Positions 23,845-36,547 of a DNA stretch of 64,000 nt are shown here, in pieces. The translations under genes were made by a program, and so were the position numbers. Positions within the stretch are counted from its first letter, which is position 1. Each line of letters starts with the position of its first letter. This stretch comes from Schmidtea nova (lineage: Eukaryota): positions 422,716,001 through 422,780,000 of the forward strand of contig CM097882.1 of the NCBI GenBank assembly GCA_044892505.1. Direction: 5' to 3'. The notes below the pieces were generated by a model. It had not been told where the DNA came from, did not search any database, and saw only the letters and a program-made list of their open reading frames with translations.

Positions 23845-25850
23845 AGGAAAAAATGAACAAAAGAAAACAAAATGGGGAAGAAAAGAAATAGTACAGAGAA
23901 TACAAGGGCATTTCAAAGAGATATAATTAAATTCAAAATCAAAAAAATTTAAATATAAAATACAGACAATAAAAGGGAAAATTTTTTAAAATTTTAAAAA
24001 AGGATAAATTTATTTATTCGAAAAAAAATTTTAGAAAAATTTTTTAAATTTTAAAGTTTGAATTTTATATTTAAAATTTTTAACAAAAAACATTAACAAT
24101 TTAAATTTTATATTAATCCGATTAACATCCAATGAAAAGGAAGATAATTCACGAGAAAAGAATAGCAGAATGAATGAAGATACCAGTTATATGACGAATT
24201 AGAGATTGACTAGGATTATTTTATAATCGAAAATTTTCTCACTTAAATAATTTTTATTTTTATTTAATTGAAAATGTATGAATAAACTCTCGGGCGGGGT
24301 ATTTCGGCAGACTGGATTTAGTCTCCTACTATAAATCTTCAAATGTTTTTTAGACTCATATTATCGAATTGATCAGGTTTTCAGTGTAATAGTGCATAGG
24401 CAGAATTTAATTATTTTTACGATGGTATAAGAGAAATTTTAAAATGTTGCGCAATCTGTTCTGTACGCGTGTTTTGTTATTAATTTTTTTATTTTCCAAC
24501 TATTTAAAATAATTTTATTGAGTTTAAATAAAATTTAATTTTCTACAAAGTAGTTTAATTAAAAATTGACTAATTCATTTTTGTTTGTGTTGCACACGTG
24601 TTTTATTTTTTAATTTTGTATTTTTCACCTATATAAATAAACTTTATTGAATTTTGATTCTAACACTATATGTACAAAATTTATTTTTTTACAAAATGAC
24701 TTGATTAGAAATTTAAAGGTTGTCGTTTTTCGAGCTGCACACTTATTTTCACATCAGACTTTTCAATACACACATGTAAAAGTCTGTGTCAAAAAGTCGT
24801 GGACCTTATAAAAATTATTTGATTTAGTCTTTATAAATAATCGAATACCTGTTAAAGACAGTTCCGTAAATTAATTTTAGCGCGAAAAACTTTAATCTAT
24901 TGTCTTAAAAAATGGGAAAAAATCATAATTGATTACAATTAAAGATTTATTTAGAAGATAAATATTTTACATAAATTATTTATTGAAAATCAATTATAAT
25001 AAAAAAATAAGTATTTTAACAATTTTTTTTACAATAAACCTTGAACTCGTGTCCTTCGTTACCCGTGCCTAAAACGTAGTATATCACATGTTTAAAACAA
25101 AAATTAAAAGATATATTAATTAAAACCAAAATATTTTTACCAATTAAATCTGATATTAGAAAATCGTGTAAATTTTCACCAAATTTTGTAGAAAATAATT
25201 TATCTGTTTTACGGGATGATTAATCAAATCAAGTCAACCATTCTCCGGCAATTCTGTTTCACGGTTGAGAAAGCAACTTGAAATCCTAAAATCATTAAAA
25301 GCCGGGGTCGGTAGTGCAATAACGGAAGCATAGGTGGCAGTGAACAATACATCACATTGTCTGGAGCCAATAAATTAATTAAAATCACAAAACAAAAACC
25401 AAAAAAGCAGGATATATTCGCAACTGATAGTATGATGAAAATTCATTTATGTCGAAACGCACTGTCATTTTATGTAAAACTTTGTTCATTAAATTTTGTG
25501 AACAATGAGACAGGTTAAATGAATTGCAATAAATTAATGGATTATCTCCCTTTTCTCTGTGATAGAATGGGATCCATTCTATTCTCATTATTCTTAGAGG
25601 CAATAAGTTCGACTCTGTCCTTGCATTTTATTTGTTAAAATATAATTTTCCATATCTGTGCGTCTGTTCGTGATTTAATATTATATAATTTAGGGTTAAC
25701 AGTAACTTTTATCTTAATTCCGAAAAATAATTTTCTATTCCAAGGTTATCTGAAAGTTAATTTTTCTTAATTGAATGATGCACAATTTAATCGATTTCAA
25801 CTACTAATAATTTTAAAATTAATTAATTTTTTTAATTATATACTTGGGAT

Positions 25851-26003
25851 CCGGACAATTCACCGTAAATTATTCACCGTATAGCAATTCACCATATAGC
25901 AATTCACTGTATAGTAATTCACGTATAGTAATTCACCATATGAATAATTCATCGTATGAGCAATTCATCGTATGAGCAATTCATCGTATGAGCAATTCAC
26001 CGT

Positions 26004-26042
<39 letters not shown>

Positions 26043-26120
26043 TATAATAATAATATAATAATAATAACAATAATATAATAATAATAATAACAATAATTCA
26101 TCGTATGAGCAATTCACCGT
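25851..26120 (-). repeat. 15-bp tandem array (AATTCACCGTATAGC), left arm of a foldback-like structure
   Basis: Inverted relative to 27985-28472; both end in CGGACAATTCACCG. Confidence 0.8.
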
Positions 26121-26154
26121 AATAATAATATAATATAATAATAATAATATAATA

Positions 26155-26193
<39 letters not shown>

Positions 26194-26223
26194 TAATAAT
26201 AAAATTTAAGACCCACACACTTA

Positions 26224-26308
26224 AAATTTTATATTTAAGGCAATAGTCTTCAAAAATTCTAATCGATCCATGGAATCATAGAAGACTATTGCCTTAAATA
26301 TAAAATTT
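26224..26308. repeat. Perfect 28-bp inverted repeat (hairpin)
   Basis: AAATTTTATATTTAAGGCAATAGTCTTC (26224-26251) pairs with GAAGACTATTGCCTTAAATATAAAATTT (26281-26308). Confidence 0.9.
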
Positions 26309-26920
26309 NNNNNNNNNNNNNNNNNNNNNNNNNNNNNNNNNNNNNNNNNNNNNNNNNNNNNNNNNNNNNNNNNNNNNNNNNNNNNNNNNNNNNNNNNNNN
26401 NNNNNNNNNNNNNNNNNNNNNNNNNNNNNNNNNNNNNNNNNNNNNNNNNNNNNNNNNNNNNNNNNNNNNNNNNNNNNNNNNNNNNNNNNNNNNNNNNNNN
26501 NNNNNNNNNNNNNNNNNNNNNNNNNNNNNNNNNNNNNNNNNNNNNNNNNNNNNNNNNNNNNNNNNNNNNNNNNNNNNNNNNNNNNNNNNNNNNNNNNNNN
26601 NNNNNNNNNNNNNNNNNNNNNNNNNNNNNNNNNNNNNNNNNNNNNNNNNNNNNNNNNNNNNNNNNNNNNNNNNNNNNNNNNNNNNNNNNNNNNNNNNNNN
26701 NNNNNNNNNNNNNNNNNNNNNNNNNNNNNNNNNNNNNNNNNNNNNNNNNNNNNNNNNNNNNNNNNNNNNNNNNNNNNNNNNNNNNNNNNNNNNNNNNNNN
26801 NNNNNNNNNNNNNNNNNNNNNNNNNNNNNNNNNNNNNNNNNNNNNNNNNNNNNNNNNNNNNNNNNNNNNNNNNNNNNNNNNNNNNNNNNNNNNNNNNNNN
26901 NNNNNNNNNNNNNNNNNNNN

Positions 26921-27978
26921 GACTGTCTCTGTCTGTCGCATGTGACGTTACCACACAGTCAACAGTTCTGTTTGATTAAATTTTTAAACTTTTAGTGAAA
27001 ATTATTTTTTATTAATGAATTATTTTTTATAGAATATAACATTGAAATATAATAGCAAGATAATTGAAAGATAATATCAATAAACTATTATTTCTGTGAA
27101 AATTTTCAAAATAATACCTTAAATATGTTTAATATATGAAAGAAAATTGAAATTATTTATTAAAATTTCAAAATCTTTTACAACAAAAAATTTATTTTAT
27201 TTTACTGTAAATTGTTTATTTAAATGAACGTTAGAAAATAAAATCTAAAAATAAAAATTCAATATACATTGAATTTTGCCTATTAAATGTTAATATTAAT
27301 ATAAGCATGGTTTAGAAATGGTTTGCAATCTTATTGGTTAAATTTTGTTGAGGCTTGCTTATTGTTAAATACAAATATAAATTTATCTAGGGCCCCCAAA
27401 TCTTGAATGGCTCCAAACGAATTATATAATAAAAAATTATTAAAATATCGATATTAAATATTTAATTAAAATATTACAATTTTTATTTTATTGAAGTTTA
27501 GCTACGTTCTCAAAAATATGTATTGTAATTTATTTGAATTTATTTGTTTAATTGCATTAATAATTCTTCTTTAAGCATTATTAAGCAAGGTAACATAGGC
27601 GCTTTTTGGATGACTTAGTGTGAGTAGAACCTGTAGAATTATTTTTTAATGATTCCTTACGAAGCTTTCTTCTATTTCAAATTCATATATGGTGGAAAAA
27701 CTAACTCACTCATCATGACACCCGTTGCTAGGCAACGTTGAAACTACCAAGCGGTGGGATACGCTTGCAAAAAGTGAGCTATGTTACCTCCACTGCGAAT
27801 GCCCATGCAATCCTTTGGGTTCAAGTACATCGTTAGAAGATTTCGTTACTCTTTATCTCATTTGAAAATTCAAACGTTTTTTAATCATCTTATTTAATCA
27901 TATACTATTGTTAAATAACACGTTTGCTCTTAATTTAAACTATTAAAAACACCCCGGCAAGGCGGGTTTATTTTCTAG
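26921..27978 (+). mobile_element. Non-autonomous Helitron/HINE-like element
   Basis: 3' GC hairpin CCCCGGCAAGGCGGG followed by TTTATTTTCTAG then T; GTCT-type microsatellite at the 5' side (abuts an N gap). Confidence 0.5.
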
Positions 27979-27984
27979 TTATTA

Positions 27985-28162
27985 CTATACGGTGAATTGC
28001 TCATACGGTGAATTGCTCATATGGTGAATTTCTATACGGTGAATTACGATACGATGAATTACTATACGGTGAATTATTATACGGTGAATTGCTATACGGT
28101 CAATTGCTATACGGTCAATTGCTATACGGTCAATTGCTATACGGTCAATTGCTATACGGTGA

Positions 28163-28245
<83 letters not shown>

Positions 28246-28472
28246 ACGGTGAATTGCTCATACGGTGAATTGCTCATACGGTGAATTGCTATACGGTGAA
28301 TTACGATACGATGAATTACTATACGGTGAATTATTATACGGTGAATTGCTATACGGTCAATTGCTATACGGTCAATTGCTATACGGTCAATTGCTATACG
28401 GTGAATTACTATACGGTGAATTACTATACGGTGAATTGCTATATGGTGAATTGCTATACGGTGAATTGTCCG
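27985..28472 (+). repeat. 15-bp tandem array (TATACGGTGAATTGC) with a 257-bp higher-order duplication
   Basis: The variant order at 28008 recurs at 28265; interrupted by (TAT)n. Confidence 0.9.
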
Positions 28473-29050
28473 CAAATCTATATAATTTCAAAAATAAAAT
28501 GTCTCCCTAAAAAACTCGACATTAATTTATGTAACTAATTTTAAAAGTTATATTTATAAATGGCTTGGATCATTTGTATTAATTTATTTAATCATTAATG
28601 AGTTACCTTTAAATACCCCTTGTATCTTAAAAGATACAACCGTTAAAATCTATATTTATATGTAAATATTCAAAATTTTCCGCGAAAACTAATTTTTGAA
28701 GCACAGCTAACTTAATTCTATTTTCATAGGTCATATTCGATGTAATCGTAGTTTTATTATTAGAAGAAATTAATGTTTAAGTGTATATTTTAATTTTTAA
28801 TAAAATAGTCAAAACATCGATTTTATGTGATAATATCCTATAAACTAATCAAAACAAAGGTCATCAAAAAACACAAATTAGAACAACTATGTTAAATAAA
28901 ACACGAAATTGATATTTTTATAAAATATTTTGAGAAAGTTGTTCATTGCGTGCAAATAAATGGTTGTATCTTTTTAGATACACTGGTATTCTGTACACAT
29001 TAGTGTTTCATGTGCAAGTTGTTATGATTTGCTGATCTTGCCTTACAGAT

Positions 29051-30207
29051 ATGGAAACTGTGAACAAAATTAATGGTCGTACAGCGACGGAAGATATAAT
29101 ATTTGATTTCTACGATAGCACTGACGATCTGGATGATGATGGAGACAAATTTTCCCCCGCAAGTTTCCCCATGCATTCACAGAATATGAAAGGAAACCTG
29201 TCTAACATTCAGTACATCGTTAACGACGAAGAAGATGTTCCAGAAAGTACAAATAGTGTCTCAACCATAATCGAATCAAGTACATCCAGTTTTTCTTAAC
29301 AATCGGCAATATCAAATCCTGGTTCATCATGCTCATTTCCGATAAATTTCGAAATGTCGTAGTTGATCCTACATAGACGACTCTGGGAAATATTCTGTGG
29401 AAAAGAGGAAATCTGATGTACCAGGAAAAACACATCAAATTATGAGGAAACAGTAGTATTCCGGAAACGTTGAAAGAACTTTAAACACCATTTCAAGTAT
29501 GGTCATATTTATTTCCTGAATCATTGGAAAAACCTTTGTAAAAGAAACGAAAAAATATTCAGGAGAAAATTAATTGTTCCGATTCGATATATTTGATTTG
29601 CGCAAGTTCATTGGCATTCTGTTTTACATGACATATTATAACCTTCTAAATGTACGAAACTATTGGTCAGATAATAATTATCGTTGCGTAGACATTATAA
29701 AGCAGCAAATGCTCAGAGCCCGGTTTGAAAAAATACGTCAGTATCTTCACTTCAATGACAAAAGTAAGGTATCTGCTAGAGAAGATCCAGCCTACGATCG
29801 TCTTTATTTGCCTAGACCGGTAATAGATACATTGAACTATACGTTAGGAAGTATTCCGAAATTGGAGAGGTTATCAGTTGATGAACAAATGTTCTCAACG
29901 AAAAATGGCCATTTCATGAAGCAGTATTTGCCAAAAAACCAAAAAGTGGGGTTTTGAGCTTTTCAATTTATGTGACACGATGGGATTCGCACAGAAATTT
30001 GAAATTGACACTGATCAGACTGAAAACCTTATTCAAGATAAACCTGATTTGTAACCCTCCGCTAATATTGTTGTAAGACTAGTTCGAGAACTTCCACGCT
30101 ACGAAATCTACATTATATTCTTTGACAACTATTTTACTGTATTTTTATTGTATTTAAGAATTCAAGGGATTCTTTCAATAGGAACTGTTCTTCGAAACAG
30201 GATTAAA
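29051..30207 (+). pseudogene. piggyBac (PGBD-like) transposase relic
   Basis: LRKFIGILF...MLRARFEKIRQYLHFND...LSVDEQM...KQYLPK; FFDNYFT; IGTVLRNR. Truncated by a Maverick-like terminus at 30208. Confidence 0.85.
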
Positions 30208-30730
30208 AGTAGGTAGACGTGTGGAGCCGGGAACAAATACATGATGACTCATCGATGACTTAAACAAAGATATGATCACTCAACCCCCACGGGTAGAAAA
30301 TTTTTCTTTATGACTCATCACGATAACTCATTGAATACGTCATCGATGACTTATTTCAAATTCAAAATTTAAATTTCCAAAGGTAAAATAAGGTCAAACC
30401 TTCAAACAAGTGTATCATTCGAAAGGTAGTTGAAGGGTGAATATGATGGTAGAAGGAGGCTATGTCATACATCAGTCACTACCCTATGTCACTACCCCTT
30501 TAGCTTTACATAACATAAATGATCACTTAATTATTATATAACGCTCGGGTTTTACATTTAACATATGGTTATGTAATCATTATGTAATAATTATCTGGCC
30601 TTTTACATAGCACACAAATTATGATGTTATAATTACTTAATCGAGGTCAAAGGTCAAGGTCATTTTTGTTTTAATTTTTGGGCGCAATTTTCAATTTTAC
30701 CGTCGTTTTGAATTTTTGTTTAAATAAAGT
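30208..30730 (+). mobile_element. Maverick-like terminal repeat inserted into the piggyBac relic
   Basis: AGTAGGTAGACGTGTGGAG vs AGTAGGAGGACGTGAGGAG at 43260; AAGGTCAAAGGTCAAGGTCA motifs. Confidence 0.55.
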
Positions 30731-30831
30731 TAATTTTTAAATTTTTGGCGCAATTTACAAAAGTTTTATAATCAATATTATTAATACTATTAATATTTTA
30801 TAAGTATTATTATTTTATTTAATATTATTTT

Positions 30832-30935
30832 TATCATAATTATCTTTTTGTTTCACCTTTGATCTTTTTTAATTTTAATATCAATAATTCCCATAATGGT
30901 AAGACTATAGATCAAAATTTCTTTAAACAAGTACA
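30832..30935 (-). repeat. Hammerhead-repeat family copy lacking the ribozyme core
   Basis: Reverse complement GTGTACTTGTTTAAAGAAATTTTGATCTATAGTC...GATCAAAGGTGAAA. Confidence 0.85.
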
Positions 30936-32650
30936 CCAAGACCTCGCTTTGCGACGTTTCGGTATGCGACGTTTCGCTTTGCGACATTTTAATTTACGTT
31001 AAAAAAATTGCATCACTTCACTTTTTTTCTTAAATTATTTCATATCGTGTTGTAAAATACAAAAAAAATATTATGGCGACGTAGAAAATTTATAATTTTT
31101 TTGTTTGGTTGTTAAGTTCATACATGTTTTGTTTTGTATGTTATAAGTTGTGTATAAAAAATTGATAATTATATTGACAAATAATTGACAGCAACTAATA
31201 GTTACTAAGGTAGTTACATTTTGTTTTTAATTTATTAAAAGTTCTTAAAAATAGATGTTATTTCTCTATATAAGTAAGTACAAAAAAATTTATCAAACAA
31301 AATTTATATTTTAGATTCGGTCTCTGTTTTTTTAGTTTAAAATTATTTTTTGATCGCAAGGGTAATATTCATGAGTAGAAAAGTTGAAAAAAAATCAAGG
31401 AAGGCAATAATGTTGCAAACTAAATTGGACATTTTAAAGCTTTTTGAAGCAGGAGAAAGACCTGTTGATATAGCTAAATCGCTTGGGTTGGCCGAATCAA
31501 CAGTAAAAACAATAAGAGATAGTGACTCAGCAATAATTAAAAAAATTGCAACAACTACATCTATGTCAGGTGCAAAAAACACGACACGGGCGAGAGATCT
31601 TTTGTTTGTCAAAATGGAATCCCTACTATTTATATGGATTGAAAAACAAGTTCACGATCACGTTCCCTAAACAAAAATGATTATTCGAGAAAAGGTCAGA
31701 AAATTTTATGAAGATCTTGAAACACAATCATATGGAAACACATAAGGAAGAATGACGCGAATGAAACACGCCAAAAGTTTTCAGCTAGTCAAGGGTGGTT
31801 TGAAAAATTTAAAGCGCGATACAGTCTTCATAATGTTAAACTAAAAAGTGAAGCAGCTAGTGCAGATACTTTGGAGGCTGCTAAATTCCCGGATATTTTA
31901 AAAGCCAATATTCTCAAAGAAGGACTTTCTCCCAAGCAAGTTTTCAATATTGACGAAGCAGGATTGTTTTACAAAAGACTTCCAAGTAGAACTTATATTT
32001 CTAAAGCAGAAAAATCTGCACCAGGGCGAAAAACAAGCAAAAATAGGGTGACTCTTCTGTTGGGCGGAAACGTGGAAGGAGATTTTAAATTTAGACCATT
32101 TCTAATTCATAATGCAGCAAATCCGAGAGCAATGAAAGGCCTTGATAAAAACAACCTTCCCGTACATTATCGATCAAATCAAAAAGCGTGGATGACGTCT
32201 GAATTGTTTAAAAATTGGGTTTTAGAATGTGCTATTCCTGAAATAAGATTTTATTGCAAAAAAAATTTTGAATTTTAAAGCTTTGATAATTATTGATAAT
32301 GCTTCTAGTCATCCTATTTATCTGGATGATTTGTCAGACAATCTAAAATTTTTATTTATGCCACCAAACACCACTTCACTTATCCAATCTATGGATTAAG
32401 GAGTAATTTCTGCATTTAAGAGCTACTATCTTAGAAGAACATTTAAACAGCTTATAAACGCCATTGAAAACTCTAAAACGAACACCACAATTCCCAAATT
32501 TTGGAAAATATTTAACATAGTAGATGCAATCTTCAATATTTCCGATTCCTGGAAAGACGTTTCACTTTATTGCATGAATGGTGTATGGTGGAAAATTTGG
32601 GCAGAGTGTGTCCATAAGAATCCACACAACTTTGCAGATTCTCGCCACCA
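30934..32650 (+). mobile_element. Tigger/pogo element, degenerate transposase (ATG 31371)
   Basis: TA then CACCAAGACCTCGCTTTGCGACG TIR-like start; CENP-B-type HTH (AESTVKTI); FNIDEAGLFYK; DNASSH; PPNTTSLIQSMD. No right TIR seen. Confidence 0.88.
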
Positions 32651-34515
32651 TGTACAGTACCAACATAGTTATTTAAGGAATAACTATCGATACACGTGTG
32701 TGAGGGATTAATATTTATGTTGCGGTGTGGGTTTTATAAACCCCTAGAAGTCAGTATTAATTTTTTTAACAAAACCCATACCACCCATCAATATTTTGTG
32801 TGCATCTTTGATGATTTTCAATGTATTTTAGATATTTTGTGTATTTTTGGTGATTTTCGATGTATTTTATATGTTATTACACTAAAGTATGATGAAATTT
32901 TGCGATTATATTTTTATGTGTGTGATGATTTACTATGTATATGATGATATCCTTTGTGTGTATTTCATGTATGTAATGATATTTTATGTGTGCTTTGCAA
33001 TATAATATGATGATATTTTGTGTCTGTATCATAAATATCTATATGTTTTGTGTGTATGTTTGAACTATAGTGTAAAAAATATTTTGTGTTATGATTTCTA
33101 TATTATGATAATTTATCATGTTTTCCCACCCAGTCTCGTGTTATGCTTTTTGTCATTTATTTATCATAGTGACAGAACCTTGGTAGCAGCACCTTTGGTA
33201 ATAGATCCCTTTTTGTGATGGTCTTTGAGCTTAAAGGCTTTCCACTTGAACATATTTTTATAACAAATATACTGTTTCTAAAAGAAAACTGACAATTTTG
33301 TACTATAAACTTATATCACAAACCTTGATAACAGAACATTTGGTAACATAACCTATTTTGTGATGGTTTTTGAGCGTAAAAGCTTATTTTCAAACCAATG
33401 TATGATGACATGAATTTCAATATATATGATAATGGTAATGATAACTATGCAACCTTGTTAGAAATGTTCATGTTACCCAGTAAACTATCATTTTAACACA
33501 TATCAAATAAGACAATGTTTACTCTGAGTTACTTCAACAAATGTAACTCGTAACATAACATAGTCATTAACAAACTTAATGACTACCAGACTACCATGTT
33601 GGATTTAACTTATCATTGGCCAACTTCAAATTCAAAAGGAAAAATTAATGTTTTACATCTGATAAAAATTGTTTTCATAATTACCATCAAAATTAAATTG
33701 TAATAAGTAGCTGAATTATTTTTGAAATAAATATTTAGAATTACTTATTATAGTAAACCTACATTTATTTGCATTGTATACTAAGAAGGGGATAATGCCT
33801 ACTGTAGCTTTAAAGACACAAATGGTTTTTTTTTGGCATAAAATGAGTAAAATTTAAAAACTAAAATATTTTAGTATGAAATTTGGTAACTATTCGCAAA
33901 ATTCGACAAAATAAATATTTTTCATCCAAATCTATGACTTTGGATAGTTAAGGGTTAAGCTTAGTTGGTTGATTATGTTTGTTTATCTTTATCAATATTA
34001 TCTGTAGATACTCGAGTATAGTGGCACTCGAATATAACACGAGGGTTGAATTTTCATGTATAATCTAGTCAAGTTGGTGGATAATGTTACTATTTTTAAA
34101 GTGTTTGACCTAAAGATTTTATAATAAAACATTTAAAATGGATTTTATATTTATTTTTATTTCAATAATATTCAATTTAAATTTTGCGACCGATATTACA
34201 GCGGCATATAAATTAATGTTTTACATCTGATAAAAATTGTTTTCATAATTACCATCATAATTAAATTGTAATAAGTAGCTGAATTATCTTTGAAATAAAT
34301 ATTTAGAATTACTTATTATATTTATATTTATTTGATATTTACCAAAGATATTAAAATATAATAATTTAAAGTAGGTGCGTTCTGCATGAAACTATAATGT
34401 TCTATTTACATAACATAATTAAAATTATTGGAACAGATAATAGTTGGTGTAAATTAATATCAGATTTATTACAAGCTGCGCGCGACTGCATGACGTCTTT
34501 GCGTAACCTAAGAAG

Positions 34516-36310
34516 CAGAGCCGTCTGAAACCTTTCGTAGGCCCTAGGCACATTACAATATATATATATATATATACACCAGGTTTCACTGGATATGGCG
34601 ACCTATAATAATCAAATAGCTTATATTATAGAAAAATACACACCTACCTGTACCTAATTCATTGCTGTTTTTCTGAAAATGGCGATTTATTATGTCGTAG
34701 ACAAAGAGTAAGAAAAAAAAATAATTACACACAAACACAAAACATAGAAAAAAACAGATGGTAACTTTCATGGGTGTGTCTTGTTTTATTCAATATGGCT
34801 ACCATATATAATTTTTATCAGCAGAAAAATTGAAAATAAATATGGAAAATAAAATTTCGATAATTGGATCTGATGAATCTACATTGAGTTTCCGCAAAAA
34901 TGATGAAATATCATCGTAAGTGTTATAATTTAAGTATTGAAAAATTTATATTTTCCCAGTTTTTCAGACAATTCACTGGAAACAATACCATTTCGTGAAA
35001 AAGATGAAATATCATCGTAAGTAATGTAAATTAAGTCATAAAATTTTTATACTTTCCCAGAATTTCAGAAAATTCACTGGAAACAATGGCATTTCGTGAA
35101 GATGAATTAGGAAAATGGTATCACCTTTTTATTTATTAAAATATTTATTATGGGCTTAGCCTTTCAGATATTCCAGGGACACCGTACAACTGCATTTCAT
35201 TCGATATCCGAAAAAATATTCGCAAATCGTAAGATGAAATAATAAATATTTAAAAAGTTATTTGATTTTTATAGGATTTCAGATATCGACAAAGCCAGAA
35301 TCATAAACGCAAAGGAAAATAAACAAGATTACTTCCATTTGGGAAGCTTACTTGGCCTATCAAAAAATTCTTTAAGAAAAATAATTTATAAATATGAAAA
35401 ATATGGCCACCTAGCAAAATCAAATGCAGTTTAAGGAAGACAATATCAAGATCAAGTGGCTTCTCCACAATGTCTTTCCAAGACAGATTTTGTTTGGTGA
35501 AAACAGCTCTTGAATATAAAGATTTGGAAAGCTTTTTCTTACATGATCGCCGATTTTTTCTAAATGTTTTCGAAAAATTGAAATATTTGGAGATTAATGT
35601 GTTTATCAAATAAATATTAATTAGAATTGAATTTTTACTTACCTTTGATGTTAATAATTCCATAATATCATAAACATTTTCTACTAATTATTTAAAAATT
35701 AAATAAAAATAAAATTGATGAATAAAGATAACCTTTTAAAGCTTCTATAGTGATCTCATAACATTATGCGATCAAAATAAAAGACTTAAAAGTTATCCTA
35801 ATTACAAAAATTACCTGAAAGCCATTTTAAAATGGCTAATTCCAACAAATTTTGAATTAATGACTAATAATAACTCGTGATGTATCTCACTCACCTGTAT
35901 TATAGGTCGCCATATCCAATGAAACACGGTGTATAATGAAAAACAAATTAGTGCACAAAAATTATTTTCTGAACAGTGTAATTTGGATCGCCTCTCATCA
36001 TTGGCTGTTCTTTGCATTGAGAGTAATCTTACTAGTGATATGAATTTTGACGACATTATTGAAGATTTTGCCAAAGAAAAATGGCGAAAATAAATTATTA
36101 TTTAAAATTTTTCAGTTCCGTTCTTATATTTGAAATTATTTATTTTCGTTTTTTTTATATTTGAATTTATTTAATTTTTTTTTTAACTAAAATTATTTTG
36201 TTTTTCTTTGTATATATATATATGTATTTTATTTTTTCTTCGTAGGCCCCCTTAAAGTTCGTAGGCCATATGCACGGTGCCTATGGTGCCTATTGGATAA
36301 GGTGGCTTTG
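34516..36310 (+). mobile_element. Non-autonomous hAT element with 8-bp TSD CTAAGAAG
   Basis: CAGAGCCGTC...GGTGGCTTTG ends; TSD at 34508-34515 and 36311-36318; hAT C-terminal relic RLSSLAVLCIES...DDIIEDFAKEK. Confidence 0.85.
34577..35931. mobile_element. Tc1/mariner-like TIR element nested in the hAT element
   Basis: 34-bp TIRs CACCAGGTTTCACTGGATATGGCGACCTATAATA / CACCGTGTTTCATTGGATATGGCGACCTATAATA (3 mismatches), flanked by TA. No transposase recognised. Confidence 0.75.
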
Positions 36311-36547
36311 CTAAGAAGTTGAGAAATAGAACCAAGAATCCGATAGTGGCACGACTGCTTCAAAGCAGAAGCAACCAACTTATATTTTCTTTATTGTTTA
36401 TTATAATAGGTCCATGATGCAAAATGCAAACCAAATTTCAATTGAAATTTGATCTGTGCCTTCGAAAGCTTCATCAGATGTCTATAATAGATATGATTTT
36501 ATGTCTAATAAAATTAAAATTTAGTAGTAGCTTGAATATAGCGTGAT

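Noticed and set aside
25240-25620. Possible minus-strand host exons
   Set aside because: No recognisable domain and no consistent splice phase could be established by eye.
28008-28538. ELLYG / TVNYY / IHRI repeat proteins in the ORF track
   Set aside because: All frames are open only because the 15-bp tandem unit lacks stops; these are not supported as genes.
30931-30937. Repeat copy ending exactly at the predicted ribozyme cleavage site
   Set aside because: Ambiguous: the CAC bases can equally be the start of the Tigger TIR inserted at the TA.
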